Positions 49,369 through 59,813 of a stretch of DNA of 64,000 nucleotides are shown in pieces. A program made the translations under genes and the position numbers. The stretch's first letter is position 1. Every line of letters begins with the position of its first letter. The notes beneath the pieces were generated by a model, which had not been told where the DNA came from, searched no databases, and saw nothing but the letters and a program-made list of their open reading frames with translations. Source of the stretch: Gammaproteobacteria bacterium (GTDB taxonomy: Bacteria > Pseudomonadota > Gammaproteobacteria > Ga0077536); contig CAXXLL010000002.1 of NCBI GenBank assembly GCA_963662545.2, positions 2,112,001 to 2,176,000 of the forward strand, given 5' to 3'.

Positions 49369-50391
49369 TTGACCATACGCATTGCATTAGACGCCATGGG
49401 TGGTGATTTTGGTCCGCCGGTGACGGTGCCCGCAGCCGCGAGTGCATTAAAGCGCCATCCGTCACTCGAACTGGTGATGGTCGGTAACGAAGAGCAGCTC
49501 ACAGCCCAACTGCGTGAAGCCGGTCTCGATGGTCATGCTCGAATAGAGGTCCATCACGCCCCGCAGACCGTCGAGATGCACGAGAAACCATCCAAGGCTT
49601 TGCGCAGCAAACGACAATCGTCGATGCGCCGCGCCATCGATCTGGTCAAACAAGAGCAGGCGGCCGCCTGCGTCAGCGCGGGTAACACGGGGGCGTTAAT
49701 GGCAATCGCCCGCTACGTATTGAAAACACTGCCCGGTATCGATCGTCCCGCGATTTGCGGAGCAATGCCGGGCATCAACCGTCCAACGCGTGTTCTTGAC
49801 CTCGGCGCGAACGTAGATTCGACCTCCGAGGAACTGTTTCGTTTCGCCGTCATGGGTGCCGTTCTCGCTGAGGCCGTTGACGACCGCGAAAATCCCTCTG
49901 TTGCTTTGCTAAACATCGGCGAAGAAGAGATCAAGGGCAACGACCGAGTCAAGCAAACGGCGATACTGCTCGAACAAAGTCCATTGAACTATTACGGGTT
50001 TGTCGAGGGCGACGATATGTTTGGCGGCAAGGTGGATGTCATCGTCTGTGACGGCTTCGTCGGTAACGTGGCCCTGAAAGCCAGCGAAGGGGTCGCCGTC
50101 ATGCTTAGCGACATCGCGCGGGAGGAATTCGGTAAAGGTCTGCTGTCCAGACTCGGCGCGGTCTTAGCAAGCCGTTCCTTGAACTCCCTGCGTCGCCGCG
50201 CCGACCCCAGGCGCTACAACGGTGCGAGCCTGGTCGGCCTGAAGGGCATCGTCGTCAAGAGTCACGGCGGCGCGGATGCATTGTCGTTATCACACGCCAT
50301 TGATGTCGCGCTGATCGAGATTGAGAAAGCCGTTCCCGATCGGATCAGCCGTCTGCTCGAAGAACTGTTAGCCAACGACGGGTCTCAATGA
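49369..50391 (+). CDS. plsX: phosphate acyltransferase PlsX
   Basis: IALDAMGGD, SAGNTGAL, LDLGAN, VKSHG. Confidence 0.96.
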   Translation: MTIRIALDAMGGDFGPPVTVPAAASALKRHPSLELVMVGNEEQLTAQLREAGLDGHARIEVHHAPQTVEMHEKPSKALRSKRQSSMRRAIDLVKQEQAAACVSAGNTGALMAIARYVLKTLPGIDRPAICGAMPGINRPTRVLDLGANVDSTSEELFRFAVMGAVLAEAVDDRENPSVALLNIGEEEIKGNDRVKQTAILLEQSPLNYYGFVEGDDMFGGKVDVIVCDGFVGNVALKASEGVAVMLSDIAREEFGKGLLSRLGAVLASRSLNSLRRRADPRRYNGASLVGLKGIVVKSHGGADALSLSHAIDVALIEIEKAVPDRISRLLEELLANDGSQ

Positions 50392-51374
50392 ACGGTACCG
50401 AGTCTGTCTTACCTTTTGCCGTCGTGTTCCCGGGCCAGGGATCACAGCGTGTCGGCATGATGTCGACACTGGCCGCCGCGCACGAAGAGGTTGTCGAACG
50501 ATTCGCAACGGCCTCCAGCGTACTGGGTTTCGACCTGTGGGAATTGGTCAGCAACGGCCCGGCAGATTCCTTGAACCGAACGGAAAATACGCAGCCGGCG
50601 ATGTTGGCGGCGGGCGTCGCCACCTGGGACGTATGGCTCAAATCCGGAGGGCCGATGCCGGCGCGGGTAGCGGGGCATAGTTTTGGAGAATATACCGCGC
50701 TGGTCTGCGCCGGCGCGCTTAAATTCGACACCGCAGTTGCGCTGGCTGCGGATCGCGCACGTTACATGCAGGAAGCGGTACCCGAACACGAAGGCGCGAT
50801 GGCGGCGATTCTGGGGCTAGGGCTGGGCGTTCTGGAGGCCATTTGTAAACAGGCAGCCGGCAACCAGGGGATCTGCGCATGCGCAAACCTCAATGCGCCC
50901 GGTCAGATTGTCATCGCTGGCGATACCCGCACTGTCGAGGCGGCTTGCGACCTCGCGCGCGAAGCGGGGGCCAAGCGCGCGATTCGCCTGCCCATGAGCG
51001 TGCCCGTCCATTGCAGCCTGATGCGCCCCGCTGCGGAACGTCTCGCCGAACGCTTACGCAGCGTCGATTTCACCTCGCCGCGGATCGAGGTGACCCACAA
51101 CGTTGACGTCGCCGCTCATTACGAACCGGACGAAATCAAAGATGCCCTGGTCCGGCAGCTCTATTCGCCGGTGCGCTGGATAGAAACCATCGAGGACTTT
51201 GCGCGCAGCGGCATTTCCCATGTGTTCGAATGCGGCCCAGGCAAGATTTTGACTTCGCTGATCAAGCGCATCGATCGTTCGCTCGACAGCGCCGCGCTGT
51301 CGGGTTCGGAGTCGTTCAGAGAACAAATTGAAACCATTAGCGGGCTGTCAAGAGGACGAGCTGATGAGCGATGA
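50388..51374 (+). CDS. fabD: malonyl-CoA:ACP transacylase
   Basis: FPGQGSQ, TQPA, GHSFGEY, SVPVHC. Confidence 0.96.
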   Translation: MNGTESVLPFAVVFPGQGSQRVGMMSTLAAAHEEVVERFATASSVLGFDLWELVSNGPADSLNRTENTQPAMLAAGVATWDVWLKSGGPMPARVAGHSFGEYTALVCAGALKFDTAVALAADRARYMQEAVPEHEGAMAAILGLGLGVLEAICKQAAGNQGICACANLNAPGQIVIAGDTRTVEAACDLAREAGAKRAIRLPMSVPVHCSLMRPAAERLAERLRSVDFTSPRIEVTHNVDVAAHYEPDEIKDALVRQLYSPVRWIETIEDFARSGISHVFECGPGKILTSLIKRIDRSLDSAALSGSESFREQIETISGLSRGRADER

Positions 51375-52104
51375 GAAGATTGCAATCGTCACCGGTGCCA
51401 GCCGCGGCATCGGCATGGCAATAGCCACGGCGCTCAAGGACACCGGGTTCAGCGTGCTTGGGACAGCGACCGGCGCGGCGGGCCTCGAACGGATCGAAGA
51501 AATGCTCGGTCGAGACAACGCACTGACAGCCGCCCTGCCTCTTGATCTTTGCCACGCTGAATCGCTGAAATCATTCTTGGCCGAACTCGATGAGCGCGAA
51601 CTGAAACCGGCTGTGGTGGTGAATAACGCCGGGATAACGCGCGACAACTTACTATTACGTATGAAGGACGACGAATGGAACGATGTCATCACGGCTAACC
51701 TCGGATCCGTGTTCAGACTCTGCAGGCATCTGCTCAAACCGATGCTAAAGGCTCGCTACGGCCGCATCATCAACATCACCTCGGTAGTCGGCGTCACGGG
51801 TAATCCGGGTCAAGCGAATTATGCGGCTGCCAAGGCCGGAATCATCGGATTCACCAAGTCGCTTGCACACGAAGTCGCGAAACGGGGTATCACCGTCAAC
51901 GCCGTGGCGCCTGGCTTCATCGATACGGATATGACGAGCACACTCACGGACGAACAAAAGTCTCTCGTGCTCGCTCAAATTCCCATAGGGAGAATAGGTC
52001 GACCGGAAGAAGTGGCTGCGGTCGTCGCCTTCCTCGCGTCGCAAGCGGCGTCTTACATCACCGGTGAAACAATTCATATCAACGGCGGAATGCATATGGT
52101 CTGA
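51364..52104 (+). CDS. fabG: 3-oxoacyl-ACP reductase
   Basis: TGASRGIG, NNAGITRD, YAAAK. Confidence 0.96.
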   Translation: MSDEKIAIVTGASRGIGMAIATALKDTGFSVLGTATGAAGLERIEEMLGRDNALTAALPLDLCHAESLKSFLAELDERELKPAVVVNNAGITRDNLLLRMKDDEWNDVITANLGSVFRLCRHLLKPMLKARYGRIINITSVVGVTGNPGQANYAAAKAGIIGFTKSLAHEVAKRGITVNAVAPGFIDTDMTSTLTDEQKSLVLAQIPIGRIGRPEEVAAVVAFLASQAASYITGETIHINGGMHMV

Positions 52105-52349
52105 TCAATGCTGCACACATCGTTCATCGGAAAGGGTACATGCCGCTTTCAAAGTAATTCAAACGTACCGGAGAGATGCTGCGTTTAGCGAAAATAAGGC
52201 AGAAAATAGTTGCGCAATCAGTGTAATTTGATGTTTTTAAAGTTGATTTTTCAGTGCGATCAGCACCTTGCTTGCAGTTTATTCGGTTTTCACTAAACTA
52301 GCACTCGCCGCTGCCCTGGCGGTACTCGAATTGGGAGGAATTTCTAACG

Positions 52350-52589
52350 ATGAGTAGCGTTGAAGAACGTGTCAAGAAGATCGTCGTCGAACAGTTGGGA
52401 GTTAAAGAAGAAGAGGTTACAAATGAAGCTTCATTTGTCGATGATCTGGGCGCTGATTCGCTCGACACGGTTGAACTCGTAATGGCACTGGAAGAGGAAT
52501 TCAAAACCGAAATTCCAGATGAAGACGCAGAAAAAATCACGACGGTGCAGCAAGCAATCGATTACATCAACGATCACTCGGACGCTTAA
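52350..52589 (+). CDS. acpP: acyl carrier protein
   Basis: [20 protein letters not shown]. Confidence 0.98.
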   Translation: MSSVEERVKKIVVEQLGVKEEEVTNEASFVDDLGADSLDTVELVMALEEEFKTEIPDEDAEKITTVQQAIDYINDHSDA

Positions 52590-52820
52590 TAAGGTCTACT
52601 GTCAGCTTAGAATCTAGGCTGCGATTCGCCGATCGAACGCGGCCTTTTTCTGACGGTGATCTCCACAATCGCGAATACGGGCACGGCGAAAATGGATTCG
52701 ACAGATTCGTCGAATACCGGACCGCATGCCAAAATAGAGCCGGCACAGTCGAGTGCGCTGTGTGATTTGAGGCCGGCCTGCCGGCAGCCGCTGCGGGATT
52801 CCGCCTGGGTTTAGCTATAT

Positions 52821-52983
52821 GGAACCTCGGAATAAGTCATGGCACATCGGCCTTGCCCATGAAATCGTGCAGCCTTATGTTACGAACCTTGCCCATAGGC
52901 CCCGCTATGGCCTGCGATTCGTGCCTTGCTCTGCACCATTGGATGAACCATTCAGACGCACCATGACTTATTCAGAGGATTCC
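52821..52983. mobile_element. MITE family A, copy 4
   Basis: Same sequence and orientation as copy 1; target duplication eroded. Confidence 0.87.
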
Positions 52984-53006
52984 ATGAATCAATGAAGTAT
53001 TCAGGA

Positions 53007-54242
53007 ATGGCGCATCGAGTAGTGGTGACGGGCCTGGGACTGGTTGCTCCGAACGGCAATACGGTGGCCGCATCGTGGAAAAACACGGTTAACGGCGTCA
53101 GCGGCATCGCCCCGATCGTCGCGTTCGATGCGTCCAGATTCGTGACTCGGATCGCCGGCGAAATCAAGGATTTCGACATCACTCAGTTCATCTCGCGCAA
53201 GCAAGCACGCAGAATGGACCCGTTCATCCATTACGGACTCGCGGCGGCGATAGAGGCGATCAATGACGCCGGAATCGAAGTAACAGATGCCAATGCGAAG
53301 CGCATCGGTGCGATCATCGGCTCCGGAATCGGCGGACTACCGGGCATCGAGAAGGGCTACCAGTCTTTTCTCGACGGCGGACCGAAAAGGATTTCACCAT
53401 TCTTCGTACCCAGCAATATCATCAACATGGTCGCCGGTAATCTTTCGATCATGTATGGGTTCAAAGGGCCCAACTACGGCATAGTGTCCGCATGCTCGAC
53501 GGGAGCGCACTGCATCGGTCTCGCCGCGAGAGCGATCGAGCGCGGTGAACAAGACGTCATCGTTGCCGGCGGTTCGGAATTTTCTACCTGTCCGACTGGT
53601 ATAGGCGGGTTCGCATCCGCAAAAGCCCTGTCAAGGCGCAATGACGATCCGACCGCTGCAAGCAGACCTTGGGATGCGGAACGCGACGGGTTCGTATTAA
53701 GCGACGGCGCCGGGATCGTGATCCTCGAATCACTGGAACACGCGCAGGCGAGGAGCGCAAATATTTACGCGGAACTCATCGGCTTCGCGATGAACAGTGA
53801 TGCCTACCATATAACGGCGCCGTCTCCGAACGGCGAGGGCGCGGCCGATTGCATGGCCCTCGCCCTGGCGGATGCCAATCTGAACGCCGAGGACATCGAT
53901 TACATCAACGCCCATGGAACTTCCACGCCGGCGGGCGATAAAGCAGAAACGGATGCTGTAAAGATCGCGTTCGGCGAGCACGCGTACAAGTTGGCGATGA
54001 GTTCGACGAAATCGATGGTTGGCCACATGCTCGGCGCAGCGGGCGGGGCGGAAGCCGTGTACACCATTCTCGCCATACGTGATCAGGTAGCCCCACCCAC
54101 GATCAATCTTACGAATCTTGACCCGGAGTGTGACCTCGATTACGTGCCAAACGCCGCACGAGATATGAAAATCAAGGTCGCGCTATCGAATTCATTCGGT
54201 TTTGGCGGCACCAACGGTTCGCTGGTGTTCAGCCACATCTGA
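53007..54242 (+). CDS. fabF: 3-oxoacyl-ACP synthase II
   Basis: SACSTG, NAHGTST, KSMVGHMLGA, SNSFGFGG. Confidence 0.96.
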   Translation: MAHRVVVTGLGLVAPNGNTVAASWKNTVNGVSGIAPIVAFDASRFVTRIAGEIKDFDITQFISRKQARRMDPFIHYGLAAAIEAINDAGIEVTDANAKRIGAIIGSGIGGLPGIEKGYQSFLDGGPKRISPFFVPSNIINMVAGNLSIMYGFKGPNYGIVSACSTGAHCIGLAARAIERGEQDVIVAGGSEFSTCPTGIGGFASAKALSRRNDDPTAASRPWDAERDGFVLSDGAGIVILESLEHAQARSANIYAELIGFAMNSDAYHITAPSPNGEGAADCMALALADANLNAEDIDYINAHGTSTPAGDKAETDAVKIAFGEHAYKLAMSSTKSMVGHMLGAAGGAEAVYTILAIRDQVAPPTINLTNLDPECDLDYVPNAARDMKIKVALSNSFGFGGTNGSLVFSHI

Positions 54243-54282
54243 TATCGCCCAAGGCAGCAAAAACGGGCGCACGGAGCGTCTT

Positions 54283-55101
54283 GTGCCTCTCGTCGATGGC
54301 AAAGCCACACACGACGAATTAGCGGGCGATCGCGGACTCGCATTCGGCGATGGCGTTTTCGAAACGATCGCCTGGCACGATGGCCGCCTGCTAGCCTGGT
54401 CCAGTCACATGGATAGGTTGCGACGCGGTTGCAATATGTTCGGCATTCCGCCACCGAGCGATCGCGTCCTTCACGACGAATGCCTCGTTGTTGCACGAGA
54501 TCTGCCTCGAGCCGTGGTGAAGATCATCATTACGCGCGGCAGCGGAGGACGGGGATACCGGCCGCCGTCAAAACCTGCACCACGCCGGATCGTGGCCGCC
54601 CATCCGTGGCCCGTTCACATCGACTCCGCGGAAACCAAAACCTGGATATGCCAGCAGCCCGTCAGCATCAATCCATCGACGGCAGGCATCAAACACCTCA
54701 ATCGACTCGACCAGGTTCTTGCGAGCCGTGAGTAGCCGGGCGACAGCTACTTCGAAGGCTTGATGTTGGATCCTTCCGGTTTCCTAATCGAAGGTACCCG
54801 CAGTAACGTGTTTCTCGTACATGAGCGCACTGTCGTGACCCCGGATCTCAGGCAATGCGGCGTCAAGGGCATCGTACGCGACGCGGTGATGGCGTCCTGC
54901 CGCCGCGACGGCGTTGACCTGCTCGAGGCCCCGGTACGGATCGAAACATTGATTACGGCGGCCGAGGTCTTTATTTGCAATTCGATCATAGGCATCCGGC
55001 CGGTTACTTCGATCCATTGTCCAGAGGAGACCCGCTTGCAGCCCGGGCCCGTGGCAGAACGTCTTAGCGCATCGTTGCGCACCGAAGGCATAATCGTATG
55101 A
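54283..55101 (+). pseudogene. pabC: aminodeoxychorismate lyase with an in-frame TAG at 54733-54735
   Basis: DRGLAFGDGVFET, KIIITRG, GIKHLNRLDQVLASRE*PG..EGLML, IEGTRSNVF; halves are in frame. Confidence 0.85.
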
Positions 55102-56111
55102 ATTCCGTAGCACGCGTTATGTCAGTAATGGCAGTGACGGTCCTCGTGACGTTCGCGCTGGGCGGCGGGCTTGCATGGCATGAGATGGAACGCGTTATGC
55201 AGTCTACTGTCGTGATGAGCGGACCCGTGTTGTTCCGCATCGAGCCGGGTTCAAATCTGTCCCGTATCGCACAGGATCTAGAAGCGCACGGCTGGATTTC
55301 ACACCATCGATTGTTTGTACTGCGTGCCTGGCTCGACGGATTCGCAAATTCAATTCAGGCAGGCACGTATGAAATTTCTCCGGGCGACACGCCACAGAAA
55401 ATGCTCGAGGCGTTTCGCACCGGCGACACAAAAACCTTCGACGTAACATTTATCGAGGGAAGCCGGTTCGCCGACATGCGCCGGGTCCTTGCAGCGCAGC
55501 GCCACCTCTTGCATACCATCGAGGACAAATCTGATGAAGAGCTTATGCGCGAGCTTAGCGTGCCGGAGATATCTGCCGAAGGCATGTTTTTTCCGTCCAC
55601 TTATCAATACGAAGCCGGATCGCGGGATATTGATCTGCTGGCGCGCGCGCACGCTCAACTTCAGGAAATTCTCAATCGCGAATGGGACAAACGTGCCGAA
55701 GACCTGCCCTACGCATCGCCCTATGATGCGCTCATCATGGCCTCCATCATCGAAGAAGAAACGGGACGGGCGGAGGAGCGCCGAGAGATTGCGGGCGTCT
55801 TCGTGCGGCGGCTCAAACGGGGCATGAAGTTGCAAACCGATCCCACCGTTATCTACGGACTTGGCAAGGCATACGACGGCAATTTGCGTCGTGCCGATCT
55901 GGAAGGAGATACACCGTACAATACTTATACGCGGTTCGGACTGCCGCCGACGCCCATTGCGCTGCCCGGCGCTGACGCAATCGCCGCGGCGCTCGACCCG
56001 GCGCCAGGGAAGACGCTCTATTTTGTCGCCAAAGGCGACGGGACTCACCAGTTTTCAAAAACGCTTAATGAACACAACGCCGCGGTACGCCGTTATCAGC
56101 TGCGCCGGTAA
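55098..56111 (+). CDS. mltG: endolytic transglycosylase MltG
   Basis: EGMFFPSTY, ASIIEEET, LQTDPTVIYG, YNTY...GLPPTPI. Confidence 0.95.
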   Translation: MNSVARVMSVMAVTVLVTFALGGGLAWHEMERVMQSTVVMSGPVLFRIEPGSNLSRIAQDLEAHGWISHHRLFVLRAWLDGFANSIQAGTYEISPGDTPQKMLEAFRTGDTKTFDVTFIEGSRFADMRRVLAAQRHLLHTIEDKSDEELMRELSVPEISAEGMFFPSTYQYEAGSRDIDLLARAHAQLQEILNREWDKRAEDLPYASPYDALIMASIIEEETGRAEERREIAGVFVRRLKRGMKLQTDPTVIYGLGKAYDGNLRRADLEGDTPYNTYTRFGLPPTPIALPGADAIAAALDPAPGKTLYFVAKGDGTHQFSKTLNEHNAAVRRYQLRR

Positions 56112-56127
56112 CTGGGAAGCACATTAA

Positions 56128-56427
56128 TGTGCTGTCCCGTAATAAACTTCGATAAGTCGCGCAGGACTCGTGCTGCGATACAAGGCGCGAGGAGGCGACG
56201 TATCGGGACAAATTCGCCGGGAACACAATTCTGTCGGGAACAGAATTGGACGCGCGTAGCGCGCCCGCAGGGTGAGCGCCAGGGATGGCGCGAATCCAAT
56301 TTGGACCGCCGCAGGCGGGCCCGAAGGGCGGATGCCATGAATGGCATCCGCAATACGGCCAGAGCCGCTACGCCGTAGCGCGGCACGAGGACCAGCGAAT
56401 TATGAAGTCTTATTGCGGGACAGCACA
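56128..56427. mobile_element. 300-bp MITE family C with an insert inside an insert
   Basis: TIRs TGTGCTGTCCCGtAATAAACTTC / GAAGTCTTATTgCGGGACAGCACA; TTAA duplication. Confidence 0.85.
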
Positions 56428-56431
56428 TTAA

Positions 56432-57055
56432 ATGTCCAGAGGCGAATTCATAACCCTGGAAGGCATCGAGGGCGTGGGCAAAACCACTGCGGTCAAGTGC
56501 GTCGTTGAGGTGATGGAAAAACTTGGGCGCACCGTAGTGGCGACCCGCGAACCCGGCGGCACCGCACTCGGCGAGAAAATTCGCAACCTGGCACTCGATC
56601 AGCACGGCTCACCCATCACGCCGGAGACCGAGTTGTTGCTGATGTTCGCCGCCCGCGCGCAACATCTCGAGGAGGTGATCCGGCCTGCGCTTGCGCGCGG
56701 CGAATGCGTCGTGTGCGATCGCTTTACCGACGCGACCTACGCCTATCAGGGTGGCGGGCGCGGCGTTCCGGAGACATCCATAAAGCAGACCGAATCACTG
56801 GTGCACGGCGATCTGCAACCCGACACGACCCTGCTCCTGGACGTGCTGCCCGAAATCGGCCTGCAACGCGCGCGTAGCCGTAGCACGTCGGATCGCATCG
56901 AAGGGGAAGCTCTGTCCTTTTTTGAACGGGTACGCGCGGCCTACCGGGAACGAGCGGTCCGCTTTCCCGAACGAACCGTCATGATCGATGCCTCGGCCGA
57001 TCTAAAATCCGTTCATGCGGCGATAAGAAAGGCACTGAAAGAACGTTATTCATGA
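56432..57055 (+). CDS. tmk: thymidylate kinase
   Basis: EGIEGVGKTT, TREPGGT, CDRF. Confidence 0.96.
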   Translation: MSRGEFITLEGIEGVGKTTAVKCVVEVMEKLGRTVVATREPGGTALGEKIRNLALDQHGSPITPETELLLMFAARAQHLEEVIRPALARGECVVCDRFTDATYAYQGGGRGVPETSIKQTESLVHGDLQPDTTLLLDVLPEIGLQRARSRSTSDRIEGEALSFFERVRAAYRERAVRFPERTVMIDASADLKSVHAAIRKALKERYS

Positions 57056-58059
57056 ACGCGCCATACCCGTGGCTGGAATCGGAGTGGATGGATCTGCAAT
57101 CGCGGCTGCGTTCGGGCGCGATGGGCCATGCCTATCTATTGAGCGGCCGGGAAGGGCTGGGGAAACTGGCATTAGCGGAATCGTTCGTGGGCGCCATCTT
57201 GTGCGAAGATCGACGCGATGAGGGCGGCGCGTGCAGCCAATGTCGCAGCTGCGTGTTGTTCACCAGCGGTAATCACCCCGATTTCAAACGGCTCGCGCGA
57301 GAGCAAGATCACAAGGCGATCTTGGTCGATCAAGTCCGCGAGCTGATCAATTATTACACCTTGAAGTCGCATTATGGCGGCTTCAAGGTTGCCATCATAT
57401 GCCCGGCGGAGGCGATGAATAGAGCCGCCGCGAACGCCCTGCTGAAAGTTCTGGAAGAGCCGCCCGCCGGCGCCTTGATATTGCTGGTCGCCCACCGGCC
57501 CGGCCTGTTGCCGCTTACGGTTAGGAGCCGCTGCCAGCGAATTAACGTCGAGACGCCGACCTTTGACGTGGTGGAGGGCTGGCTGGCGGGGCAGGATCTT
57601 GGGGAAGCCGGCCGCACGGCCATCAATACTCTGATGCTCCACGGAGCGCCGCTCGACGTCGCCCGGCAGCTCAAATCGGGGGCGGCGACCCTGCTCAACG
57701 ACCTCATCGGCGCCCTGGAGGAGACCGCGGCGCGCCGGCGCCATGCCCTCGAAGCGGCGCGGGACTTCACGGAAATAGAGGTCGAAGCCTTCATAAATGC
57801 CCTCGAAACACTCCTACAGGCCCTGATATTGCTGCGGATCGGGCATCGCAGGCGCGGGCTTCGCATCCCCCGGAAGCAGCTTGAAAGTTTGCAGGAAATC
57901 TCAAATAAATTAAACTTTAAGCGCTTATTCCTCTATATGGACGAAGTTGCTCTCGCGCGGTCCATGGTGCTACGGTCGAGCGGCGTGCGAAGTGCGGACA
58001 TTATCGAGAATCTGTGGTTCGGCTGGACGCGGGCCATTTTGACGGAGAACACGGTATGA
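57052..58059 (+). CDS. holB: DNA polymerase III subunit delta'
   Basis: YPW, zinc-module cysteines, HPDF, AANALLKVLEEPP, SRCQ. Confidence 0.93.
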   Translation: MNAPYPWLESEWMDLQSRLRSGAMGHAYLLSGREGLGKLALAESFVGAILCEDRRDEGGACSQCRSCVLFTSGNHPDFKRLAREQDHKAILVDQVRELINYYTLKSHYGGFKVAIICPAEAMNRAAANALLKVLEEPPAGALILLVAHRPGLLPLTVRSRCQRINVETPTFDVVEGWLAGQDLGEAGRTAINTLMLHGAPLDVARQLKSGAATLLNDLIGALEETAARRRHALEAARDFTEIEVEAFINALETLLQALILLRIGHRRRGLRIPRKQLESLQEISNKLNFKRLFLYMDEVALARSMVLRSSGVRSADIIENLWFGWTRAILTENTV

Positions 58060-58412
58060 GCGCAGCCAGGAAGAACCCAAGACAAGGCATTTTGTCACTC
58101 ACGATTCGTGACAAGAGCTCCCTTTATGCCGCTTACATGCCGTTCATCAAGAATGGCGGGCTGTTCATCCCGACAAACAAGTCTTACAAGATCGGCGATG
58201 AAGTCTTCATGCTGCTGACACTGACCGACAGCAAGGAAAAGTTGCCGGTCGCGGGACGCGTTGTTTGGATCACGCCGAAAGGCGCTCAGGGAAACCGCAC
58301 CGCCGGTATCGGCGTGCAGTTCAGCGAATTAGATAACGGCGCGACACGCAATAAAATCGAGACCCAGCTGGCCGGCGCTCTCAAGTCGGATCGACAAACC
58401 CATACCATGTGA
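58056..58412 (+). CDS. pilZ: type IV pilus assembly protein PilZ
   Basis: LYAAYMPFIKNGGLFIPT, WITP, GIGVQF, THTM. Confidence 0.95.
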   Translation: MSAARKNPRQGILSLTIRDKSSLYAAYMPFIKNGGLFIPTNKSYKIGDEVFMLLTLTDSKEKLPVAGRVVWITPKGAQGNRTAGIGVQFSELDNGATRNKIETQLAGALKSDRQTHTM

Positions 58413-58468
58413 TCATAGGCGTCCTGCCCCGCGGCGTCGCACACGCCGCTGCGCATCTTATTCTCTAG

Positions 58469-58815
58469 TGTGTTGTCCTGAAATAATCCTAAGAAACCTC
58501 TGAATAAGTCATGGTGCGTCTGAATTGTTCATGCAATGGTGCAGATCAAGGCACGAATCGCAGCCCATAGCGGGGACTAGGGCTAAGGTTCGTAACGTAA
58601 GGCTCCGTGATTTCATGGGCAAGGCAGATGGGCCATGACTAATTCAGAGGTTCCCTAAATATCGCGGGTCTTTACACCTTGTACTGCGGGCCTCTTGCGT
58701 GCGACCCATGCGATGGTGAGTTCGCGTTTCTCCGCTGTTCAAATTGGATTAGAAGCACGAGTCCTTCGCGATCAAATTGAAAATAGTTCTGGGAAATACA
58801 TTACAGGACTGCATA
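58469..58815. mobile_element. degenerate family-C-like MITE (inverted) interrupted by a family A copy
   Basis: Ends TGTGTTGTCCTGAAAT / ATTACAGGACTGCATA; internal gcacgagtccttcgcga matches the reverse complement of family C tcgcgcaggactcgtgc. Confidence 0.6.
58493..58654. mobile_element. 162-bp MITE family A, copy 5
   Basis: TIRs intact; CTAA duplicated on both sides. Confidence 0.9.
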
Positions 58816-58823
58816 CTCGAAAC

Positions 58824-59645
58824 GTGCGATTAGTCGACTCCCACTGCCACTTGCCACTGATAGACGGCGGTGCCGATGGCACCGCAGGCGTCATCCAGCG
58901 CGCGAAGGACGCGGGCGTAACACATATGTTGTGTGTATCGGTCGATCTCGAAACCTTCGACGGCGTTGCCGGGATCGCAGCGAACTGCGACGACGTCTCA
59001 GCCTCCGTCGGCGTGCACCCGAATACCGACGAAGGGGGCGTTGAGCCTTCCGTGAAAGGCCTCGTGGAACTCGCTGGGCGCGAATCGATCGTCGCCATTG
59101 GCGAAACCGGACTCGATTACTATCGCAGCCAAGGCGATCTGGATTGGCAACGAGCGCGCTTTCGAACCCACATTCGCGCTGCGCGTGAGGCTGCTCTGCC
59201 CCTTATCATTCATTGTCGCGAAGCGCCCGCTGACGTGTTACGCATTCTTCGCGAAGAAAAGGCCACGGAGGCCGGCGGTGTCATGCACTGTTTCGTGGAC
59301 GACTGGGACACGGCACTCGCCGCGATGGATCTCGGTTTCTATATTTCGATCTCGGGGATCGTGACCTTCAAGAACGCAGCGGGACTTCAGGAAGTGGCCC
59401 GGCGCCTGCCCGCCGAACGGATCCTGGTAGAAACCGACTCGCCCTGGCTTGCCCCTGTACCGCGTCGGGGCAAACAGAACGAACCTGCCTATGTGACGCA
59501 TACCGCCACCTTCCTCGCCGAGCTTCGCGGGCAGACGCCCGATGAATTCGCGGAGTTCACGACACGCAATTTTTTCAATTTGTTCAAGCTCGCCGGCAAT
59601 ATGCCTACCGACGATGCGTCGCCGCAGGAGATGGCGAATAGATGA
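58824..59645 (+). CDS. TatD-family hydrolase (YcfH)
   Basis: DSHCH, GVHP, GETGLDY, HCRE, VETDSPWLAP; GTG start. Confidence 0.93.
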   Translation: MRLVDSHCHLPLIDGGADGTAGVIQRAKDAGVTHMLCVSVDLETFDGVAGIAANCDDVSASVGVHPNTDEGGVEPSVKGLVELAGRESIVAIGETGLDYYRSQGDLDWQRARFRTHIRAAREAALPLIIHCREAPADVLRILREEKATEAGGVMHCFVDDWDTALAAMDLGFYISISGIVTFKNAAGLQEVARRLPAERILVETDSPWLAPVPRRGKQNEPAYVTHTATFLAELRGQTPDEFAEFTTRNFFNLFKLAGNMPTDDASPQEMANR

Positions 59646-59813
59646 ACAAAGCCGGGAAGAAATTGCTCGAGAACCTGTGCCCGGACTTGCCCGGCTGGCG
59701 GTGCGAATAGACGATGGAAACAAGGCTTGAGCCGGATCGGCTTGAGGCGTGCGGTGCACAATCTCGTGGGCCTTTTCACGACTAATTGAGTAAGCTGTGC
59801 GGCGCACGACCGA

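Noticed and set aside
52261-52277. sigma54 promoter before acpP
   Set aside because: Lacks the invariant GG at -24 (CAGCAC); a sigma70-like TTGCAG-N16-TAAACT fits better
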